DNA of 9,492 nucleotides from a virus (Duplodnaviria; Heunggongvirae; Uroviricota; Caudoviricetes): IMG/VR virus record IMGVR_UViG_2526164691_000020; one strand, 5' to 3'. Shown piece by piece: positions 1 to 6,189 of this stretch (position 1 is its first letter; each line of letters starts with the position of its first letter). The notes under the pieces were generated by a model. It saw only the letters and a program-made list of their open reading frames with translations, ran no database searches and was not told where the DNA came from. The position numbers and the translations under genes were made by a program.

Positions 1-740
1 GGTTGCTGTGCGTGGGTGGCGGCGCTCATGTCAAACTCTCCCTGCATCCAGCACACCGCCAGCAACACATTTTTCGGGTTCTTCTGTAATGCAGCTTTGG
101 TGCGCGCAATCAGGTCCTGATATAACGGTTTACCCACACCCCAGCGCGCCGAATCCTGGCTGGCCCCCGTGTCCGCACTGAATGTCCCCTCCGCGCCCTG
201 GGTAAATGCCGAACCACCACGACAGCATGGTACCAGCAGGATCCCCGCGTTATTCGGGATATACGGGAGCAGTTTTTTGGCAATATGTAACCCCTGGCCG
301 ACACAGCCGTACTGCCCTTTGCTCAGGTCTGCCTTCGGATGATTCAGCGTACTCATATCCTGCACATCATGCAGGCAGTGGTCGGCCGGAATAATATCGT
401 TATATCTGCAGGCAGCCCCACCCGGCGTCACTGTACTGCGGCGCGCCAGCTGTTTAATGCGCGGATCCGGAGCATCGTATGAATCCGGCAGCGGAAGCCC
501 TTCACCGTAAGCCATGGCATTGGACTGCCCGGCCAGTACGATGACGTAGTACCAATCCGGCTCAGTTGCACCACTGACCACCACATCACCTTCTGCTGCA
601 ATCGCCTGCATCAGGGTATAAGGGGTTATGGCCACCGGACTACCAAACGGCTGCCAGCCCTCTTTCAGTTTGTGTGTCAGCTTTTCCGCAAGGTCTGACG
701 GCGACGCCGCCCTGACAACATCATAATGTTTAAATGTCAT
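1..740 (-). CDS. nanS: Prophage-type sialate O-acetylesterase (NanS-p-like, SGNH/GDSL hydrolase); 3' end runs off the window
   Basis: ATG at complement of 738-740 with SD GGGAGG (complement of 745-750). Frame is open to position 1 (no in-frame TTA/CTA/TCA on the plus strand). Translation MTFKHYDVVRAASPSDLAEKL...YYVIVLAGQSNAMAYGEGLP carries the GQSN catalytic-Ser motif. Family assignment is from memory. Confidence 0.8.
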   Translation of the reverse strand, partial: MTFKHYDVVRAASPSDLAEKLTHKLKEGWQPFGSPVAITPYTLMQAIAAEGDVVVSGATEPDWYYVIVLAGQSNAMAYGEGLPLPDSYDAPDPRIKQLARRSTVTPGGAACRYNDIIPADHCLHDVQDMSTLNHPKADLSKGQYGCVGQGLHIAKKLLPYIPNNAGILLVPCCRGGSAFTQGAEGTFSADTGASQDSARWGVGKPLYQDLIARTKAALQKNPKNVLLAVCWMQGEFDMSAATHAQQ

Positions 741-783
741 TATTCCTCCCGGCCGGGATAGTGTATTAAATCAGATATGGAGT

Positions 784-828
784 GGGCTGTAGTCCGGAAG
801 CCTGAATGACACACGGGGACTACAGCCC
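784..828. repeat. Perfect 12-bp inverted repeat (GGGCTGTAGTCC / GGACTACAGCCC) with 21-nt loop, in the nanS 5' leader
   Basis: Read directly: 784-795 is the exact reverse complement of 817-828. No U-tract follows on either strand. Confidence 0.55.
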
Positions 829-836
829 AAGAAATG

Positions 837-862
837 AAAAAAGGCCACGCAGTTGCGCAGCC
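837..862 (-). terminator. Intrinsic terminator (minus strand), 8-bp stem with two G-U pairs plus U6
   Basis: Minus-strand RNA GGCUGCGCAACUGCGUGGCC (complement of 843-862) followed by UUUUUU (complement of 837-842). Confidence 0.5.
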
Positions 863-924
863 TGATAAACCCTGGTTAAAATCCACACGATAACAACACA
901 ACAATATCAGTATCTCATGCTATT

Positions 925-949
925 GCCCGAACCCATTCGGGCATTTTTT
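925..949 (+). terminator. Intrinsic terminator (plus strand), 7-bp stem plus T6
   Basis: GCCCGAA-CCCA-TTCGGGC at 925-942 followed by ATTTTTT (943-949). Confidence 0.5.
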
Positions 950-953
950 ACCC

Positions 954-982
954 ATAAAAAATGCCCCTCCGGAGAGGGGCAT
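954..982 (-). terminator. Strong intrinsic terminator (minus strand), 9-bp GC-rich stem plus U-tract
   Basis: Minus-strand RNA AUGCCCCUC-UCCG-GAGGGGCAU (complement of 961-982) followed by UUUUUUAU (complement of 954-960). Confidence 0.65.
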
Positions 983-1182
983 GTTTGCATGCACATTCTT
1001 TTTCTTGCATGGTGCCGGGTGCCTCCCGGTGAATTCAGTATCAGCACCTGAATCCGCGATTATCACATATACCTGGTTGCTGATTGCCCCTCCGCACAGG
1101 GGGATTACCATGCAGTAGTATTTTTAATAAACAGCAAATAAAAAAATCAAGCATTATGCAGGCTGTTTCTTTTTATCACCGG

Positions 1183-1314
1183 CTACAGCAATACCACAAT
1201 GCCGCAGACCAGCACCCCATCCGCCAGCACCGACATGATTCTGCTGGTGAAATCCACCATCACCACCAGAAACAGCAGGAGTGCAGCCACAGCCAGGCGC
1301 AGTTTTACCGTCAC
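1183..1314 (-). CDS. Small hydrophobic protein (43 aa, predicted single transmembrane helix), translationally coupled to the upstream TerB-like frame
   Basis: GTG start (complement of 1312-1314) overlaps the TerB-like stop in a GTGA junction; SD GGAGAA sits 6 nt upstream. Translation VTVKLRLAVAALLLFLVVMVDFTSRIMSVLADGVLVCGIVVLL, stop TAG at complement of 1183-1185. Too short for the ORF track. Confidence 0.4.
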   Translation of the reverse strand: MTVKLRLAVAALLLFLVVMVDFTSRIMSVLADGVLVCGIVVLL

Positions 1315-1805
1315 AGGTGATTCTCCAGACGAAGACCCAGAACACCGGCAATCTCTTCCAGCACCTTGCGCTCTTCCGGCTCAATTTCGCCGTCTGCCTC
1401 CGCAATGGCCACCGCCACATCCAGCACATCTTCCGCTTCACGCGTATCGTGTTTCACATCCTCGATCTCACGTAACGCCGCACGACGACCAATTTTAAAG
1501 TTCGTATCCAGCTGACCGATAATGGTTGCGCTAATCGCATTAATTTCTGACGTAAACACGGACAGCGCAGGCTGATTACGCAGTACCTGTTCGATCTTCG
1601 CTTTCTAGGAAGCCTCACATTCACCATCTGCACAGGCCACCAGGTAGGCAGCATTAATAACCGCCTGTGCCAGATCGCGTTTCTCAAACTTTCCTTTTCC
1701 GGTTAACGTGACACACCAATAACTCTTGTCGAAAAAGCCAGCAAGCTGAAAGACCGGTATTCACAACCACCAGCGCGTTTACTGTACTGGCGTGATTTCA
1801 GTCAT
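1311..1805 (-). pseudogene. TerB-family (tellurite-resistance TerB-like) gene interrupted by three in-frame stop codons
   Basis: One frame runs from ATG (complement of 1803-1805) to TGA (complement of 1311-1313) with in-frame TAA (1779-1781), TGA (1761-1763) and TAG (1605-1607). Conceptual product ...GFFDKSYW...AAYLVACADGECEAS*KAKIEQ...VAIAEADGEIEPEERKVLEEIAGVLGL resembles TerB (MSFFDK... / ...SDG...E..K...EIA..LG). The track reports only the 82-aa tail (1311..1559). Confidence 0.6.
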
Positions 1806-1829
1806 AAAAAAAACCCGCCTGGCGACGGG
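1806..1829 (-). terminator. tR'-like intrinsic terminator directly downstream of the late promoter
   Basis: Minus-strand RNA CCCGUCGCCAGGCGGG (6-bp stem incl. one G-U, loop GCCA; complement of 1814-1829) followed by U8 (complement of 1806-1813), abutting the downstream ATG. Confidence 0.6.
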
Positions 1830-1860
1830 TGTAAAAAATCTTACTAACGTCAGGCATAAA

Positions 1861-1909
1861 ACGCCCATCGTTAGGGCAAACTTACCACAGATTCGGGAAA
1901 AATCAACAA
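1861..1909 (-). promoter_or_regulatory. PR'-like late promoter with lambda-type pause/qut motif
   Basis: Minus strand: -35 TTGATT (complement of 1901-1906), 16-nt spacer, -10 TAAGTT (1879-1884), then AACGATGGG in the initial transcribed region. Compare recalled lambda PR' GGTAAATTTGACTCAACGATGGG with window GGTAAGTTTGCCCTAACGATGGG. Lies 23 nt past the Q stop. Confidence 0.6.
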
Positions 1910-1928
1910 AGCTATCTGGTCACCTTTT

Positions 1929-2750
1929 TCAGTTGTTGTTCTGCCCATGCTTCTTCAATATCAAACTGCACCACCAGCGTATCGTAAAAACGTTTAACTG
2001 TTTTTTCCATGTATCAAGAGATATGGCATCGGTTACATTACATATGGCATTAAATGCCTCCGTTGAAGGTAATCTTTCATAGCCACGACCACCACAACGC
2101 TGGCAGTCTCTGATAACAGGCATACCACGTTTTACCGACTCTTCACGATGAATGGCAACACCGCGCCCACGACAATCTTTACAGGCGGTGGAAACCTCCC
2201 CCTTCCCTCCACACTCCGGACAGGCAACTTTTACCACCTCCCTGACTTTTTTCCATTCCTCCCAGTAAGACGGATACACGCCTTTTGTGCACTTTGCCCA
2301 CACTGGCGGCTTACCATCCGGATACTGGATCTTGTTTGTAAAAACCTCGCTTTCAATAAATTTTTTTCCGTGACAACAGGGGCACTGTTTTTTGCTCGCC
2401 GCGCTACGGGCATAATCTTCAAACGCATACGAAGCCATAATACGCATCACTGCCGGTTTTATTTCTGCCGGGAGTTTTCTTAACGCCGCCACGCGATCAC
2501 ACCGACTGAGTGCATATTCTGTCAGCAATTCTGTTGCCCGCTCTCTGTCATTCATACTAATGCCCATTTTCCCAAGGAACGCAGAAAACCCCATCTCAGC
2601 CCAATTCTGTGTCATGCCCTGCGCGGCCATCACATCAGTGATACTCAGCGTATCTTTCGACGTTGAGGCCGATGCATCAGTCAGGCCGAGGGATTTTGGG
2701 GATAGTATTTCGGTAAATCTTCCAGTTTCATTTTTTGACCTGCCCTTCAA
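1929..2750 (-). CDS. quuQ: Q-like late antiterminator (QuuQ/YdfT-like) with four DnaJ-type CxxCxGxG zinc-finger repeats; start codon uncertain
   Basis: 273-codon ORF from the track (TTG start at 2750 overlapping rusA; alternative ATGs at 2630 and 2615). Motifs CPCCHGKK, CPECGGKG, CKDCRGRG, CQRCGGRG read directly. Position immediately upstream of the PR'-like promoter supports a Q role. Confidence 0.65.
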   Translation of the reverse strand: MKGRSKNETGRFTEILSPKSLGLTDASASTSKDTLSITDVMAAQGMTQNWAEMGFSAFLGKMGISMNDRERATELLTEYALSRCDRVAALRKLPAEIKPAVMRIMASYAFEDYARSAASKKQCPCCHGKKFIESEVFTNKIQYPDGKPPVWAKCTKGVYPSYWEEWKKVREVVKVACPECGGKGEVSTACKDCRGRGVAIHREESVKRGMPVIRDCQRCGGRGYERLPSTEAFNAICNVTDAISLDTWKKQLNVFTIRWWCSLILKKHGQNNN

Positions 2751-3101
2751 GCATTATGGGGTAAATCTTCACCCCCAGACGTCCACCAGATACTGGCTGA
2801 CCACGAACGATATTGATTTCATCAAACTGCTCATCGTCCATTAACACTCCCGCATGCGTCAGCGCATCCAGCGGTGCTTTCAGGATATTGTCCAGGTCGC
2901 GACGACGCTTATCCGGTGGCTCTGCAATCACCTTTATCGCCAGCCTTCCGGACAGGATTAATTCAGCCGCTGCTGGCGAACAATAAGCGCCACAGCCCGG
3001 CGATAACGCTTTCCCTCCTCCGAGATAAAATATGTGCTGCCACGACGTCGCCAGTAGGTGTTCACCGTTGGCGGGTAAGGTAAAACCAAATCTATGAGCA
3101 T
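2728..3101 (-). pseudogene. rusA: RusA-family Holliday-junction resolvase with a -1 frameshift (1-nt deletion) near 2945-2965
   Basis: N-terminus MLIDLVLPYPPTVNTYWRRRGSTYFISEEGKRYRRAVALIVRQQRLN* from ATG at complement of 3099-3101 (SD AAGAGG) stops at 2958-2960. The C-terminus ...LAIKVIAEPPDKRRRDLDNILKAPLDALTHAGVLMDDEQF... continues in the frame of track ORF 2728..3108. Both halves match RusA (...PDRRRRDLDN...DAL...DD.Q). Span is 374 nt, one short of a multiple of 3. Confidence 0.7.
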
Positions 3102-3113
3102 CAGTCACCTCTT

Positions 3114-4162
3114 TTACCCAAGCACGCCAGTTGCAAAGGCGTGATCAAGAAAACGAAAAATTAAATCAACCTGAGAGCCATGCTTTTCTTCGAACGCCAG
3201 CGGATCCGCATGAAGCTCGTTGTGATGCTCCCGACACAGCGGTAGCGTGAAAATATCGTGAGATTTTGTCCCCATTCCGCCCTGACCATGACCAATCAGG
3301 TGATGGGGATCGTCGGCTGGCTTACCACAACACGCACACGGCTGAGTCTTCACCCAGCGTGTGTATTTCTCGTTAACCCAGCGGCGACGTTTAGGTCGTT
3401 TCATGAAAGATTCCGGAGACTCAGGATCAACGGCAACGCTGACCACCGTCTTTTCCTGTGGTGGGTTCTGTTGCTGGTGGGCGTGAGGCAACGGTGCAAG
3501 ATTTTTGTGCGCTGTTTCAATATGCTGGTGGCGGTCTGCTCTCCCGGTACGATGTCGCTTTCGCGGTACACCGAGCAGATTTTTTCCGCTGGTAATCCCA
3601 GCGAGCGACGTAATACCGCTTCCGGTAGCGCGTCCGCCAGCTGATTGCGGACCGCCCACCAGGATAATTCAGCCAGAGATAATTCACGCTCCTGCGTACC
3701 GCTTATTGCGTGACCGATGACGTCAATCATCCATGCTGACAGGTTTTGATGAGCAAGTTGCTCGAGTGATTCGGATGTCTGGTCACGCAGCTGGTTGTCG
3801 CAGTGCCAGCACAACACCATTGCGCCGGTACCATATCGGTGAATAACGGTTTCGCTGTGATGATAATCGCCGTGTGGCCACTGGCAGGATTTAATATGGC
3901 GCAACAGCCAGTCAGACAATGCACCAGCACCACCAGCAGCACGAATTACCCGTGCGTTACTGAAAAACGGCAGCAATGTTTTGTCTTCCACCAGCGGCTG
4001 GCGAACGGCAGGAACGACCCCGGACGGCAGATTACGCATGCTTTTCGGTTCCGGCTCCACCAGTAACCGGGTATTGTGAAATACCGGCATGGATTCACGG
4101 CCCGGCTTAACGATCACCAGCCCGAGTTCCGGTACCAGAACAGGTCGAAGTAATACCCGCAC
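3114..4162 (-). pseudogene. ydfU: DUF968-family protein (YdfU-like, Ref/HNH-like C-terminal domain) with a 1-nt frameshift between about 3404 and 3659
   Basis: Track ORFs 3401..4162 (N-terminal part) and 3114..3659 (C-terminal part with CACCGKPADDPHHLIGHGQGGMGTKSHDIFTLPLCREHHNELH) overlap in different frames. Combined span is 1049 nt, one short of 1050 (the 349-aa length I recall for K-12 YdfU). Confidence 0.6.
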
Positions 4163-4163
4163 G

Positions 4164-4442
4164 TTACCTCCAGATGCGTTGCTGGAATGTGCGGGACGGA
4201 CGCGGTGGGCGTTCGGAGTAAGGAAGCCTGACGGAGATTATCCAGTGACGGTAGTCGAGGCTAAGGGCTTTTTTAACCTCGTATCCGCGCCTGCGGTAAC
4301 ACTGAATTATCCATTCAGCCTGCTCTTCAGTGCATGGTGGATGCTGGAACCAGTCCGATTTGAATGCATGAAAACGCCGTCCGCACCTGCTGGCAAAGAC
4401 GGCAGAATCATCAGAATTGTGTAATTTGGTATCGTGCGCCAT
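4164..4442 (-). CDS. rem: Rem-like small prophage protein
   Basis: ATG at complement of 4440-4442 (MAHDTKLHNSDDS...QQRIWR, 92 aa), stop at 4164-4166. The track's longer version (to 4553) would run into a candidate sigma-70 promoter (TTTACA-N16-TATACT, about 4494-4521). Placement between ydfU and hokD matches Qin-like synteny. Confidence 0.5.
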   Translation of the reverse strand: MAHDTKLHNSDDSAVFASRCGRRFHAFKSDWFQHPPCTEEQAEWIIQCYRRRGYEVKKALSLDYRHWIISVRLPYSERPPRPSRTFQQRIWR

Positions 4443-4804
4443 CGGTTGTCTCTTCTGGCGCAGCAGGTGCCAGTTGTTCAGGCTGGCGTATAAAGTATAA
4501 ATAAACTGGTTCCAGTGTAAAGCCCCTACATTAATGGAATAAAAGTCAAACAACAGATTGCTGGGATAAACACAACGCTTATTATTAAAAGCGATTAGAT
4601 AAATTAAATTTTAATGTTATGCAATTTTACCAGATCACCATAACATCTCGTTTGAAACCACCGAAACAACAACCATATCAATATTGATTATGTTAAAGTG
4701 AGTAAATATGGAAAACAACAAATCTGCACATTACGCTCCTTTTTTATCTGTGATACTTTTTGTTTTATGCTGTGTGTGGGCATTATTTTTATAAAAATAT
4801 TTAC

Positions 4805-4832
4805 AGATAAAATAAACCCGCCGAAGCGGGTT
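4805..4832 (-). terminator. Intrinsic terminator downstream of hokD
   Basis: Minus-strand RNA AACCCGC-UUCG-GCGGGUU (complement of 4815-4832) followed by UAUUUUAUCU. Confidence 0.55.
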
Positions 4833-4900
4833 AAGCGCGGGTGCGTTGAGGATGCCTGACACATCAGAGGCGGCGAGGGATTTCTCCCTCGCCAAGTCTC

Positions 4901-5056
4901 TTACTCCTCAGGTTCGTAGACTGTGAAGACAGCGACCTCCGTCTGGCCGGTTCGGATTCGTACCTCGCAGAGGTCTTTCCTCGTTACCAGTGCCGTCACT
5001 ATGACGGTTAAAAAGATGACGATCAGGGCGATTAACATCGCCTTTTGCTGCTTCAT
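4901..5056 (-). CDS. hokD: Hok-family type I toxin (HokD/RelF), 51 aa
   Basis: Translation MKQQKAMLIALIVIFLTVIVTALVTRKDLCEVRIRTGQTEVAVFTVYEPEE from ATG at complement of 5054-5056 to TAA at 4901-4903. SD AGGAGAAG upstream. Confidence 0.85.
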   Translation of the reverse strand: MKQQKAMLIALIVIFLTVIVTALVTRKDLCEVRIRTGQTEVAVFTVYEPEE

Positions 5057-5127
5057 AGCCTGCTTCTCCTGTCAACGCAAAGCAGAAGTGTCACCTTCGG
5101 TGCGAAACAGAGATGTCATGCTTTGGT

Positions 5128-5415
5128 TCAGAGAATGCGTTTGACCGCCTCGCTATATACTTCCGAGCGTTCTCTTTTCCCAACAGAAATCACGAAAACG
5201 ACAACTTTCTCGTCTATAACCTGGTATACAAGGCGATAGCCTGAAGACCGGAGCTTAATCTTGTAACAATCAGGCATACCACGGAGCTTGTTTGCTTCAA
5301 TCCGGGGTGACTCAAGTACTTCAACCAGCTTCTTTTTCAACTGTTCACGTACCGTCGAGCCCAGCTTTCGCCATTCCTTTAGTGCCCGCTCGTCAAAATC
5401 CAGAAAATACGCCAT
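5128..5415 (-). CDS. relE: RelE mRNA-interferase toxin, 95 aa, intact
   Basis: Track ORF MAYFLDFDERALKEWRKLGSTVREQLKKKLVEVLESPRIEANKLRGMPDCYKIKLRSSGYRLVYQVIDEKVVVFVISVGKRERSEVYSEAVKRIL matches RelE as recalled. Confidence 0.9.
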   Translation of the reverse strand: MAYFLDFDERALKEWRKLGSTVREQLKKKLVEVLESPRIEANKLRGMPDCYKIKLRSSGYRLVYQVIDEKVVVFVISVGKRERSEVYSEAVKRIL

Positions 5416-5656
5416 CAGAGTTCATCCAGCGTCACACGTACTGGCTTAGGATTACGAAGCCGTTCTTTCACTATCTCCACAAGTTCAGCATCTTCATCAC
5501 TCAGGAGTGTCTGGTTGAACGGCAAGCGTTCATTGTCAGCGATATACTCGAGCATGAGACGAAGCGCTTCAGAAGGAGTTTACACCCATTTTTTTCAAGC
5601 GCGGCGTAAGAACGCGCTTTAAGTTCATCGTCAATACGCAGGTTAATGCTACCCAT
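5415..5656 (-). pseudogene. relB: RelB antitoxin gene disrupted by two 1-nt insertions (net +2)
   Basis: From ATG (complement of 5654-5656): MGSINLRIDDELKARSYAALEK, then the frame breaks. C-terminus TPSEALRLMLEYIADNERLPFNQTLLSDEDAELVEIVKERLRNPKPVRVTLDEL is intact in another frame and ends in the TGATG overlap with relE. Extra bases sit in a T7 run (5589-5595, expected 6) and TTT (5579-5581, expected TT). Span is 242 nt versus 240 expected. Confidence 0.8.
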
Positions 5657-5720
5657 GTCTTACACCTCTTGTAATTACAAATGTCATTACAAGTATCGCA
5701 CTACAACATGCTTAGGGCAA
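5657..5720 (-). promoter_or_regulatory. relBE promoter and operator
   Basis: Minus strand TTGCCC-N17-GATACT followed by palindromic repeats TTGTAATGACA / TTTGTAATTACAA and SD AGAGGTG before the relB ATG. Confidence 0.55.
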
Positions 5721-6139
5721 GTCACGAAGGAAGTCAGAAAGTAGTCGTAAGAACGGTGATCACTGTCCGCTTTGTGCCAGGAGCAGCCATTGCTAAGTCC
5801 ATCCTGTATTGTGCAGGTCAGTCTCGTTTTTAAAGAGTCCGGCCATCATCTTACTGGTACAGACACCATATACTTTGTGACGGTCAGGCTACATATGCAC
5901 AACTCAACTTATTCATCTATTTTTTGCTTTAGCATGTCAGTGTTGCTTTCTCGTCGGCGGGTGAGCGGTGACCTGACCTGTCGATAAAGGAACGTAGCAC
6001 GTTTTATGCAACACCCGCATGCGGCAGAAAATTATTGCCGAACGTTTACCCCTGTCAACAAGCTTTACTTTCTGAGGCGCGCCAGCCCGCGAGGAAAACA
6101 ATCTGAACATCAAACAATTAATGACACAAGAAATACGAT

Positions 6140-6166
6140 TAAAGATTTTTTTGTGCATGCCGATAG
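6140..6166 (+). promoter_or_regulatory. Sigma-28 (FliA) class-3 flagellar promoter
   Basis: TAAAGATT (6140-6147), 11-nt spacer, GCCGATAG (6159-6166) against consensus TAAAGTTT-N11-GCCGATAA. Lies 24 nt upstream of the flxA ATG. Confidence 0.7.
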
Positions 6167-6189
6167 TGCTTTTTTAAAAGGAGAAATCT

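Noticed and set aside
871-890. tRNA-like T-loop motif GGTTAAAATCC
   Set aside because: Flanking bases cannot form a T-stem or acceptor stem and no cloverleaf is present in the surrounding 90 nt.
920-1111. Track ORF (minus, 63 aa) across the terminator cluster
   Set aside because: Runs straight through strong hairpins and U-tracts; sequence is GC-stem driven with no RBS. Better explained as terminator structure.
1084-1498. Plus-strand track ORFs (78, 99 and 64 aa) antisense to the TerB-like and small ORF region
   Set aside because: His/Gln/Pro-rich low-complexity translations typical of the antisense frame of a real gene; no RBS.
745-1930. Possible stx genes between Q and nanS
   Set aside because: No reading frames resembling the Stx A or B subunit on either strand; the space is taken by the TerB-like frame and terminators.
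3258-3644. Plus-strand track ORF (128 aa) inside ydfU
   Set aside because: Antisense to a gene with a recognisable domain; no RBS.
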